Of a stretch of 34,266 nucleotides of DNA, positions 16,210-25,900 are shown in pieces (within the stretch, counting starts at the first letter, position 1; every line of letters starts with the position of its first letter). The position numbers and the translations under genes are program-made. Under the pieces are notes generated by a model. It ran no database searches. It was given only the letters and a program-made list of their open reading frames with translations, and had not been told where the DNA came from. This stretch comes from a virus (Duplodnaviria > Caudoviricetes), in the IMG/VR virus record IMGVR_UViG_3300039071_000060, positions 1 through 34,266 of that record; one strand, given 5' to 3'.

Positions 16210-17034
16210 ATGGCAATCGATATTAATGACGCCTTTGTAAAGCAGTTCGAGAGCGAAGTGCACATGGCGTATCAGCGTATGGGCTCTAAGCTCCGCAATA
16301 CCATTCGCTACAAGGGCAATGTCCGCGGTACCAGCACCACCTTCCAGAAGGTTGGCAAGGGCACCGCTGGCACGAAGTCGCGCCACGGCAACGTTCCGGT
16401 GATGACTATCGATCACACCCCGGTTGAGTGCACCATGGCCGACTTCTATGCTGCCGATTATATCGACAAGCTGGACGAACTGAAGATCAATCATGACGAG
16501 CGCATGGTTGTCACGCAGTCTGCCGCTGCTGCTATGGGCCGCAAGACGGACGAACTCATCGTTACCGCCCTGGATTCGACCAGCAACACCATCACCGAAA
16601 GTGGCACGGCTCTGCTGACGCAGACCAAGATCAACACGGTGTTTGATTACTTCGGTAACAACGATGTGCCGGATGATGGCGAACGCTACTTCGTTATCTC
16701 GCCGGGTGCGTGGACCGATTTGCTCGGTATCACGGCCTTCTCGAGCGCTGACTTTGTTGGTCCCGATGAACTGCCTTACAAGGGCGGCATGGTGGCCAAG
16801 CGCTGGATGGGCTTCATGTGGATGACCTTCTCGGGCCTGCCCATTGCTTCGAGCATCCGTAAGAACTTTGCCTATCACCGCTCGGCTATCGGCATGGGCG
16901 CTGGTTCGGAAGTGCAGACCGAAATGAACTACGTGCCGGAAAAGGCCGCCCACCTTGCAACCTCAATGATGTCGCAGGGTGCCGTGCTGATCGACAACTT
17001 CGGCACGTACGAAGTTCAGACCTACGACGCTTAA
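16210..17034 (+). CDS. major capsid protein (HK97 fold, BPP-1 / HTVC010P-like)
   Basis: AFVKQFESEVHMAYQRMGSKLR, YIDKLDELK, AAAMGRKTD; strong RBS. Confidence 0.93.
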   Translation: MAIDINDAFVKQFESEVHMAYQRMGSKLRNTIRYKGNVRGTSTTFQKVGKGTAGTKSRHGNVPVMTIDHTPVECTMADFYAADYIDKLDELKINHDERMVVTQSAAAAMGRKTDELIVTALDSTSNTITESGTALLTQTKINTVFDYFGNNDVPDDGERYFVISPGAWTDLLGITAFSSADFVGPDELPYKGGMVAKRWMGFMWMTFSGLPIASSIRKNFAYHRSAIGMGAGSEVQTEMNYVPEKAAHLATSMMSQGAVLIDNFGTYEVQTYDA

Positions 17035-17046
17035 GGAGCAAAGAAG

Positions 17047-17307
17047 ATGGCTTTTACTCCCGCAACTTTGATTAAGCTGGCCGGCGCTGAACCGGCTCTG
17101 CATATCTACACAAACTCCGATGCAATCGCTACGGTTGTTGCCTCGGGCTATTTCAACACGGTGACCGACAACCTCAAGCAGAATGATGTTATTCTGGTTG
17201 TGGGTTCGACGGGCGGCACTCGCACGGTTGACGTTGTTTGCGTTACGAGCGCGACTGGCGCGGCGACCGTTACGACGACCGCTCTGGAAGGCGTCACCGC
17301 CTCGTAA
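17047..17307 (+). CDS. putative capsid decoration / cement protein
   Basis: Small beta-rich protein (D.IATVVASGYFN) co-transcribed with the capsid gene before a terminator. Confidence 0.6.
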   Translation: MAFTPATLIKLAGAEPALHIYTNSDAIATVVASGYFNTVTDNLKQNDVILVVGSTGGTRTVDVVCVTSATGAATVTTTALEGVTAS

Positions 17308-17313
17308 GTAACA

Positions 17314-17379
17314 GGGAGAGGTTCTCCCCCTGACCTCTCCCGGGCCAGCCTTGTCTTGTGCAGGGCTGGCCTTTTCTCT
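17314..17379 (+). terminator. tandem hairpins ending in a Rho-independent terminator
   Basis: gggagaggt/acctctccc, then ggccagccttg/cagggctggcc followed by ttttctct. Confidence 0.85.
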
Positions 17380-17390
17380 AGGAGCGCACC

Positions 17391-17972
17391 GTGGCAGTTA
17401 CCGACATTGATATTTGCTCTCGCGCCCTGGTCTTGATTGGCGCTACGCCTATCACGTCATTTGCGGATGGCACGACTGAGAGCACGGTGGCTGCTAATCT
17501 CTATCAGGATACGGTGCGTGATTTGCTGTCCCGTTTCCGTTGGCGCTTTGCCTCTGGTCAAGCGCAACTGTCTCGCCGTGTAGATGAGCCGGCATCCAAA
17601 TGGGATGCGGCTTACAATCTTCCAGCTGATCTGCTGTTGCTGCATGATGTGACCATCAACGACAATCAGATTGATTATGATCGCTACCAAAATCTGGTCT
17701 ATTGCGATGCGACAACTGAGGATGTGGTGGTTGCCGACTATACGTTCCAGGCGGAAGAGGACCTGTGGCCCCCTTACTTCGTGACGCTGGTCGAGCTACA
17801 GCTTGCCTCAATCTTTGCCTACTCGGTGGCCAACCAGATTAATACGGCTGACTTCATGGAGAAGAAGGCCTTGCGGCAGATGGCTCTGGCGCGCAACATT
17901 GATAGCACGGCACAGACTTCGCGCCGCTTTGATCTTAGCCGATTCGACAAGGCGCGTAGGACGATTCGCTAA
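17391..17972 (+). CDS. tail adaptor (tail tubular protein A-like)
   Basis: IDICSRALVLIGATPITSF...WRFA...YNLPADLL. Confidence 0.88.
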   Translation: MAVTDIDICSRALVLIGATPITSFADGTTESTVAANLYQDTVRDLLSRFRWRFASGQAQLSRRVDEPASKWDAAYNLPADLLLLHDVTINDNQIDYDRYQNLVYCDATTEDVVVADYTFQAEEDLWPPYFVTLVELQLASIFAYSVANQINTADFMEKKALRQMALARNIDSTAQTSRRFDLSRFDKARRTIR

Positions 17973-20149
17973 TGCCCACGATCAAGCAAGTCCAAACCAA
18001 CTTTTCATCGGGGGAGGTTGATCCGCTGCTGCGTATGCGTGTGGACACTGGCGCATATCAGAACGGCGCAGCGACTTTGCGTAACTGTTCACTGCTGAAC
18101 ACTGGTGGCATAAGCAGGCGGTCGGGCACCCGCTACCTTGCAACCCTGCCTACTGATAGCAGGCTTCTGCCATTCGAGTTCTCCTCGTCCGAACGCTATG
18201 TCTTTGCTCTGAGCAATGCCCGCCTCGATGTGTTCAGCACGTCCGGCACCTTGCTCACCACAATCACCAGCGGCGTTCCGTGGACAGGCGCACAGCTTCG
18301 CCAGATTAGCTACACCCAGGCGGCGGACGTGATGATCCTGTGCCATCCATCTTGGGCACCGCGTGTGGTGCGTCGGACGGGTGCATCCAGCTTTACGATC
18401 AGCGCATTTACGTTTGATACCAGCTTAGACGGCAACAAGATTTATCAGCCTTACTACAAGTTTGCCGATGATGCCGTGACGATCAGCGTTAGTGCTGTAT
18501 CTGGCACAGGCGTAACTATCACTGCATCAAGTTCCGTATTTACGTCTGCCTATGTGGGCACGATTGTGCGCTGGAAAGATGTTGAGATTCTCATCACCGC
18601 ATACACAAACGGCACGACTTTGGTTGGCAACATCAAGGGAACGCTTGAGGGCTCTCTCGATATTAACCCGCTTCGCACTGAGCATACGAGTGACGTTGTT
18701 GAAGTGACCCATGCATTGCACGGCTTTGCTACCGGACAGAGCGTGACGATTAGCGGTGCCAATGGTTTTGCTGGGATTAGCTTTGCTCAGATTAACGGCA
18801 CTTTTTCAATTACCGTGATTGATGATAATCGCTACAGTTACGCGACTGGACATAACGCAAACGCATCAGAAGATGGCGGAGGTCCCTCGGTCAAGTTCAC
18901 AAGCAGCACAACGTCAACCCGAGATTGGTCTGAGCAGACTTACTCTGCGGTCAATGGCTATCCTGGAGCAGTTGCTTTCCACGAGAACCGTCTTTGGTTC
19001 GGTGGTAGCAGCGCCGTGCCTGATGGTTTGTGGGCTTCCAAGATTGGCCTGTTCTTCAACTTTGATGTGGGTGAAGGCCTCGACGATGAGAGCATTCAGA
19101 TCACTATTGGTAGTGAGGACATTTCGAACGTAAAGCATATCGTATCGAACCGCGACTTGCAGATTTTTACAGCAAGCGGCGAGTTCTTTGTGCCGCGTTC
19201 AAGCACCCAAACAGTTACGCCCACTGCCATTCGAATAGCAAGGCAGACGCCGTTTGGTTCGAGTGATGTTACCCCGCTTCCGTTTGATGGAGCCACCTTG
19301 TTTGTGCAGGGTTCGGGCAAGTCCGTGCGCGAGTTTGTGTATAATGATAGCGCGAATGGGTATGCCTCAACCGACATTACCTTGCTATCTAGCCATCTGA
19401 TCAACAGCCCCATTGATATGGCAGTGCTGTTTGGTTCAACTGTGCGTGGTGAGCAGTATGCCCTGGTCGTGAACAACGATGGCACAATGGCAGTGTTTAA
19501 CTCGGCACGGTCTGAGAATGTAGCAGGATGGACCACTTGGGAGTTTGGAAGTAAGTCTGTCAACTTATTCCGCTCGGTCTGCACTTTGGGCGAACTGGTA
19601 TTTGTCGCGGTGCAGCGCAACCTGACATACACGCTTGAGTTGCTTTCTGATGCCGAGGCTTTGACGGTTGATAGCGCCGTAAGCCTGACTGGATCAGCAA
19701 GCACGACCTGGACGCTAGGTGCTTACTATGCCAACAAAGTAGTCGATGTTGTTTCGAGCAACATGTATCTTGGCACTTATACTGCAAACGGTTCTGGCGT
19801 TATCACGCTTACTGACTCAGTGACCAAGGTGATTGCGGGCTTCACTTATCCAGTCGAGATCACCACGCTACCCGTGCACTTGCAGCTTCCTACCGGCTCA
19901 CTGCTAGGTATGCCTAAGCGAATCAACCGTGTGCTTGTTGGGCTGAATAGCACCCTGTCTTGCGTAGTCTCGAACAATCGTTTGCTTCTGCGTCAGGTGA
20001 CGGATGACTTGTCTGTTGCTCCTGCCCTCTTTACCGGGATCAAGGAGTTCTTCTTGCTTGGCTACAATCGAGAGGCGAAGGTAACGATTACGCAGGATGA
20101 GCCTCTGCCGCTGAGGGTGCTAGGGATGAACATGGAGGTGTCTTTCTAA
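17972..20149 (+). CDS. tail nozzle (tail tubular protein B-like)
   Basis: QTNFSSGE, RLLPFEFS, YPGAVAFHENRLWFGG, ITQDEPLPLRVL; FCCH-like beta insert HGFATGQSVTISG. Confidence 0.92.
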   Translation: MPTIKQVQTNFSSGEVDPLLRMRVDTGAYQNGAATLRNCSLLNTGGISRRSGTRYLATLPTDSRLLPFEFSSSERYVFALSNARLDVFSTSGTLLTTITSGVPWTGAQLRQISYTQAADVMILCHPSWAPRVVRRTGASSFTISAFTFDTSLDGNKIYQPYYKFADDAVTISVSAVSGTGVTITASSSVFTSAYVGTIVRWKDVEILITAYTNGTTLVGNIKGTLEGSLDINPLRTEHTSDVVEVTHALHGFATGQSVTISGANGFAGISFAQINGTFSITVIDDNRYSYATGHNANASEDGGGPSVKFTSSTTSTRDWSEQTYSAVNGYPGAVAFHENRLWFGGSSAVPDGLWASKIGLFFNFDVGEGLDDESIQITIGSEDISNVKHIVSNRDLQIFTASGEFFVPRSSTQTVTPTAIRIARQTPFGSSDVTPLPFDGATLFVQGSGKSVREFVYNDSANGYASTDITLLSSHLINSPIDMAVLFGSTVRGEQYALVVNNDGTMAVFNSARSENVAGWTTWEFGSKSVNLFRSVCTLGELVFVAVQRNLTYTLELLSDAEALTVDSAVSLTGSASTTWTLGAYYANKVVDVVSSNMYLGTYTANGSGVITLTDSVTKVIAGFTYPVEITTLPVHLQLPTGSLLGMPKRINRVLVGLNSTLSCVVSNNRLLLRQVTDDLSVAPALFTGIKEFFLLGYNREAKVTITQDEPLPLRVLGMNMEVSF

Positions 20150-20736
20150 TGTGCATTTCAGCATCCGTTCTCGCTGTCGCGACTCTGGTTACCGCGACTG
20201 CTAGTACCGCCGTCTCGGTTTCTGCCGCGCAGGCAAACAAACGCGCTCAACAGTACATGCTTGATGAGCAGCAAAAGCAACTCAAGGAAGAGCGTGAGAT
20301 TGCTCGCTTGCAAGCACAGGAAGCCGAGGTCGAGCGCCTTAGCGAGTTTCGTAGGCAAAGAGCTAGCAATGCTGCTGCTCTCGCCGCCTCAGGTGTACGT
20401 GAGAACATTAGCTTTCTCCAGGGCGTCATGCCAGCGGAGGAGCGCGCCTTGCGTCTGGACATTGGCAACATTCGCATGGGTGATATTACTGGCGCAAATC
20501 GTATTGCCTCGCAGATTCGTGTCAATCGTTTCTCGCGTGATGTGGCTGGGTTCAATGCTCAAGCGCAGACCATTGGCGCTGTAGCCAGTCTTGTTGGCAC
20601 TGCGGCTCAAGTTGGAGCATCATATAACCAAACCAGAAAGCCGAGCGGGGGAGGCACAATCAACTTTGCAGGCGCACCATTTAATGTGCCGTCTACAAAA
20701 ATGCCTACTTTCAAGCCACCGAAGATTGGGCGCTAA
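20149..20736 (+). CDS. internal virion / ejection protein (gp14-like)
   Basis: MC start, hydrophobic N-terminus, coiled coil, AASGV motif; follows the nozzle gene. Confidence 0.75.
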   Translation: MCISASVLAVATLVTATASTAVSVSAAQANKRAQQYMLDEQQKQLKEEREIARLQAQEAEVERLSEFRRQRASNAAALAASGVRENISFLQGVMPAEERALRLDIGNIRMGDITGANRIASQIRVNRFSRDVAGFNAQAQTIGAVASLVGTAAQVGASYNQTRKPSGGGTINFAGAPFNVPSTKMPTFKPPKIGR

Positions 20737-20739
20737 TCT

Positions 20740-22893
20740 ATGGGAATCCAACCTTTCCGTCGCCGCATTGGTATCTCTAGCCCGGGCAGCCTACTGTCTG
20801 GCAACGCTCCGCAGATTGCCGACGTTGGCCCGTCAATCTCTCGCGCAGCTGGTCAGGTGTTTGAGGCTGCACAGCCTGCCATGCGGGCTAAGGCTGCTCG
20901 AGAAGGCCAGCTTGCTGCATCCAAAGCAGAAATTGTGCGCGACGAACAGGGCCGTGCGCTTTCAATTGACACGCCTGAAGGCGCGGGCTTGCTGTATCAG
21001 CAGGCGTTTGAGGAGGTGGCGCAGGCTCGTTACGTCAGCCAAGTATCTCTTGATTTTCAAACTCGTGCAGATGCCGAACTTGAAGCAATGCGTAGCGGCA
21101 CGGGTGGCAAGAAGTTAGATGCCGAAGCCTATCGCGCATACATTTTAGGAACCGCTGAAGGCATACTCGAGGTCGCTGATCCGCGTGTGCGTCCCGTTAT
21201 TGAATCAACTTTGGCGCGCGAAGGGCTTGAGCGAACTCGTGCTGTCTACAATGAAGTAGGGCAGCGCACACGGCAGGATCAGATTGCCGGACTGAATACT
21301 GACCTGACGCGCTACAACCAAGAGATTGCCAAGGCTTCAGCAATGGGCGCTCCTCCTGAAAGGATTGCTCAGCTACAGGCCGATGCCAAAGCGCTGATTG
21401 ATTCGGTTGTAAAGGTTGGCGCTATTGGTCCACGCGTTGCTCAAGCACTGGGAGCAAACGTAGACGCCGAAGTCCAGGATGCGGTTGCATTTGCCAGCAG
21501 CATGACGATTGCCAATCAGGTAACGCCTCCGATCCTTGGCCTTTCTTTTGATGCCTTGCAGACAGTCGAGCGTTGGATGACTGGCGTCAATGTGGGTGAC
21601 GTTGGCGTTAAAGCTCCTGGCTTGAACTTTGGTGACATCTCAACCCTGCATCCTAAGGCCAAGCAGGCGTTGCAAACTAGCATTACTGATCGCAAGCAGC
21701 AGATTGCTACACAAGCAGCAGAAGCCCGAGCTCAAGCAGCAGAGGAAAGGCGCAACAACAAGCTCCTTGCTGCTCTTAAGAAAACAACCGACTCGATTAC
21801 TGGCGCTTTGTCAAATGGTGTTGGCGGTAACTGGTCGGCTGAACAGCGCGGAGTTCTTGATCAGAACTTTGAGGGCGCTGTGAATCTTGCCGCGCTGGGC
21901 AGGCCTGAAGAGCGACAAAAGGCTCTTCAGTTTATTAGCACTCGCCAGTATGTGCCCGGTGCGCTTGTCAACTTTATGGCTAACGGCATTCGTTCTGGCG
22001 ACCCGTTTCCCGCCATTGAATTTTATCGCAACGTCAAGAACGTCAGCGTAGGCGGCGCAATGGTAGGCGATATGCTGCTTGAAAAGGTAGACGCGCGAAG
22101 CCGTGCCCTTCTTACATCTGCTAACGAACTGATTGCATCAGGTCAGAGCAGCAACATTGTAGCCGCTCGTGTTGAGCAGTTGCGCTCGAACAATGGCTTT
22201 AGCCGCGATCAGGCTGTAGGCGAGTACAATAACATTCTTGGGGAGGGCAAGCCTGGAACATATCGGACAGATAGGGACAAGGTAATCCGTCAGACTTACG
22301 GCATTCCAGAAGGGCAGGCAGTGCCTCCTGTTTTGGCTCGTCGTATTGATGAAAGCTTTGCTGCCAGCCTCGATGTTTACAACCGCGATCCTCGTATGGC
22401 TTTGAGCAAGGCTGTTGAGCAAAACAAGGCAGTGTATACTCCATCGCCGGTTTTCTTTGAAGGTGCAGGACCTAGCGTACTTACTCGTAGCTACAGCATT
22501 CCCGATCTTGGCAGATTCTTTGGTGGCATTAAAGAGAATGGGAAGGCGCTCGTGCCTCCCGTAAAGGGCGTTGACGGCAAGGTGCGTAACCATGTTATTG
22601 GTCGCAATGGAACGATCAAACTTATTCCGCTCGATGAGGGTGTTGCTGACATTGGTCGTTATGAGGTTCGCTTGTTTGACCCTTCGAACCCCAGCCGATT
22701 GATGGATAGGTTCGAGCTTGATCTGGGACTCGAGCTCAACAAATGGCAGCAATCGCGTCCCAGCATTGTTGCAACGCCTACTAATCCAATTGGTCAAGCG
22801 CGTCAGGGTCGAGCCAATATTGAACGCAGGCAGGGTGTGGCCATGACAAACCCAGCCATTGCAGCTAGCATGACCGGAAGCGGCGCACCGTAA
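20740..22893 (+). CDS. internal virion / ejection protein (gp15-like)
   Basis: 717-aa Ala/Gln-rich helical protein; assigned by synteny. Confidence 0.65.
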   Translation: MGIQPFRRRIGISSPGSLLSGNAPQIADVGPSISRAAGQVFEAAQPAMRAKAAREGQLAASKAEIVRDEQGRALSIDTPEGAGLLYQQAFEEVAQARYVSQVSLDFQTRADAELEAMRSGTGGKKLDAEAYRAYILGTAEGILEVADPRVRPVIESTLAREGLERTRAVYNEVGQRTRQDQIAGLNTDLTRYNQEIAKASAMGAPPERIAQLQADAKALIDSVVKVGAIGPRVAQALGANVDAEVQDAVAFASSMTIANQVTPPILGLSFDALQTVERWMTGVNVGDVGVKAPGLNFGDISTLHPKAKQALQTSITDRKQQIATQAAEARAQAAEERRNNKLLAALKKTTDSITGALSNGVGGNWSAEQRGVLDQNFEGAVNLAALGRPEERQKALQFISTRQYVPGALVNFMANGIRSGDPFPAIEFYRNVKNVSVGGAMVGDMLLEKVDARSRALLTSANELIASGQSSNIVAARVEQLRSNNGFSRDQAVGEYNNILGEGKPGTYRTDRDKVIRQTYGIPEGQAVPPVLARRIDESFAASLDVYNRDPRMALSKAVEQNKAVYTPSPVFFEGAGPSVLTRSYSIPDLGRFFGGIKENGKALVPPVKGVDGKVRNHVIGRNGTIKLIPLDEGVADIGRYEVRLFDPSNPSRLMDRFELDLGLELNKWQQSRPSIVATPTNPIGQARQGRANIERRQGVAMTNPAIAASMTGSGAP

Positions 22894-22902
22894 GGAACCA
22901 AG

Positions 22903-25900
22903 ATGGAAGTCAGCACCAAACGCACGAGTCGGTATCGCCTTCTTGGGGAGACGCCTGATGTGCAGCCCGTTGGTGAGCAGAGCTTCTTCTCTCGCCTAGC
23001 GGATGGCTACGCTATTGGCGCATACGGACAGATGGTTGATGCCGCTGAACGCTTCATGGCGGCTGGCGAACGCACTCCCGGTTATGACCCACTCGATCAT
23101 GTGCCAAAAGGTTATGAGCAGTTTGCTGATAACTTTATGTTTGCGCGCAATCAGGATGAAGTTGACGTAATCACTGGTAATATCCAGGAGAACCTGGACA
23201 TTCGCCAACGTCAGAGCGAACTGAGTTTGTCGCAGAACCTGGTAATTGGCGTGATTACTGGCTTCTTCGATCCTATCAATGCTGTGCCTGTGCCGGGTCT
23301 TGGCGGCCTTGGCTTTGTGAAGGGTGCGCTGAAGGGCGGCGCTGCCATTGGTTCGATCAATGCCGCTCAGGAAATAGTGCGCGACAGGCTTGATCCTACA
23401 TCGACGGCAACGGAAACGTCGATCAACATTGGGATGGGCTATCTTGCTGCTGGCCTTATCTCTGGCGGCATTGGCGCGTTTACCAAGGCACCGGCTGGCA
23501 CAACTCGCTTGCCTCCTGAGACAAGGCAGAGGGCCGATGATGTTGGTGGCCGACTTGATGAAACCTTTAATCTAATTGATGGCATTCCCGGTGGCAAAAC
23601 TACCGTTACCATCAATGGCCAGACGGTGCGTATTATTGATGGCAACACCGGCAAGGTGGATGCTGATGGCAACTACATTCCGATAGATTATCGAAGCAAG
23701 GCGGATGCTGAATCTGCCAATGCTCGATCTGGCTTGAATGAAGTTGGAGCGCCGACAAAGACGGCAGATGAACTGCTGCAAGACGAACTGGCCAAGCCCA
23801 ATCCGTTTGAATACGACATCGATGCACCGATTGGCCCGACTGTTTATCATGGAAGCCGGGTGTCCACTGAGAACGTAAACTCTTTCATTGATGCTAATGG
23901 CAACCTGGTGCTTCAACCTGGTGAAAACTTTGGCCTGTCTGGCGTTTCGTTTGGTGTCGAGCGTCAAGTTGCCGCTGATTACGCAACGCGTGTAATTGGT
24001 GGCGGTCGTTCTACTCGTAACTCAGGTGTGTTCGAAATTGATGCTGACGCTGTGCCAAACTTGCAGCGTGAAACGATGGGCGAGGCTGCGATCTACACGG
24101 ACGCGCCTGTTGTTATCCCGGCTGGCAAGTGGCGCTTGACGGACGCCATGACTGGAGAACCTGTCAATCTTCGCCCTGGCGCTGATGATGCAGACGGCGT
24201 TCGCGTCGGTGATGAAGCTGAAGCGCCGCTGCTCGATGCAGAAGATACCATCACAATCGATAGTTCTGCAATCCTGGCTGGCTTTGAATCAAAACCTTGG
24301 ACGCGCCCCGCTTTGGATGGCGTGACGCCGCTTGCGGATGACGTTTTCAAGACCAAGGAAGCTTGGCTCAACTTCTCAATCTTGAAGGAGCTAAACCAAA
24401 AGGCAACGCCGCGCCTTGAGGGTGAGACTGCGGGTGCATATGAGAATCGCATCAATCAATTGGCAATGGATGAGTTCAACGCTGGCCGCCTGCCGCTATC
24501 TCCGACAACGGACAACGTGCTGCAGAGTCTAGCAATTCTGCCCACGCCTAGTGGCACTTTGCAGCGTCTTGCTCCCGACCATGTGGAGACGCACGATCTG
24601 GCGCAAGGCATTGCCGGCGATCACTCGACAATGACCGTTGCCAACCGAGAAGGCCGCCCTACTACGCCGGGTGGTTCGGTGTTTCAGCGCGCACAGCGTT
24701 GGATGATGTCGATGTACATTACTCGCACAGCTAACAACGCTGCTTACGCGCAGTACGTTACCGGCAAAGCGGCAGCCAGCGTGGCTGGCAACGCCTTTGA
24801 GGCAACCCGCGTTGGGCTTCCTTTGATTGGCCGCGCTGCTCGAGAGGGTAAGCTTACTCGCGCTGAGTTCAACGCCTATGTGGGTCGAGCTATTAACAGC
24901 GATCAGCCTTTTCAGATGTTTGGCAAGGCTTTGCCCGATGCTGACATGGCCATTGTTAAGCAGGCAGCTGAACAACAGCGCGCACTCTATGCTCAGTTTG
25001 AAGCAAAGGCTCGTGACCTTGGTATCTTTGATACCCAAGCCCGCGTGAGTCAGGAAGCTGAGTGGCGCAGGGCTGCAAACGAGCGTGATCTTAGCAGGCT
25101 GGAAAGCATTAAATCACCTAAGGTGCGCGACATTATCCGCCAAGAGATTGCGGATCGAGAGGCCAAGATTGCCGAGCTCGAGAAGCAACTTGAAGAGATG
25201 CAGGCAGAGCCCATTGTTCCTGCCGGTGAGCAAAACTACTTCCCTCGTATCTTTGACGTTGGCAAGATTCGCGCTGACTACGATAACTTTGTGAAGCGCA
25301 TTGCCGACTCCTACGGTGGTGATGATGCACTGGCCCGTGCCAAGGTTACGGTGGATCGCATCTTGGGCGAAGGTGGTGAGGAGTTTGTTCCTGGTATGGG
25401 AACGCCAAAGCATCTTAAGGGCAGGCAGATTCCGCTGACCAACGAGCAGCTGGCCGACTATATTGTGTGGGATTCTGAGCTTGTGATGGGCCTCTATGCC
25501 CGTCGCATGGGTGCTACCATTGAGATGTTTGATCGCTATGGCAGTCGCTTTCTCGACAAAGAGTTTGATGACCTTAAGGCTGCGCTTCGTCGTGACGGTT
25601 ACGATGAGAAGCGGATTAGCAAGATTATTCAGCAGGAAGAGGACTTGCGCGACCGAGTGCTTGGCCGCTTTCATGGTAAAGATCCGATGAGCTGGGACAA
25701 CCGCGTTGTTCGAGCAATAAAAAACTACGGCAGCCTGACATTGATGGGCCGCAGCATCTACTCACAATCGATGGACGTCGCTCGCACTGTCGCTACTGAA
25801 GGCTATAAGCCTGTGTGGCAAGCCATGCACACAATGCTTCGTGGCGAGCTTAAGGATTTCCAGCGCGGCTCTTATGCCAAGGAAGCTGGTGAGGCGATGG

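Noticed and set aside
16012-16953. 313-aa antisense ORF (and similar ones such as 1014-1682, 19096-19704, 22138-22797)
   Set aside because: These are shadow ORFs opposite well-supported genes in GC-rich DNA and show no motifs
17032-17049. Capsid stop-codon readthrough into the in-frame downstream gene
   Set aside because: The downstream gene has its own strong TAAGGAG RBS, and a shared frame occurs by chance one time in three
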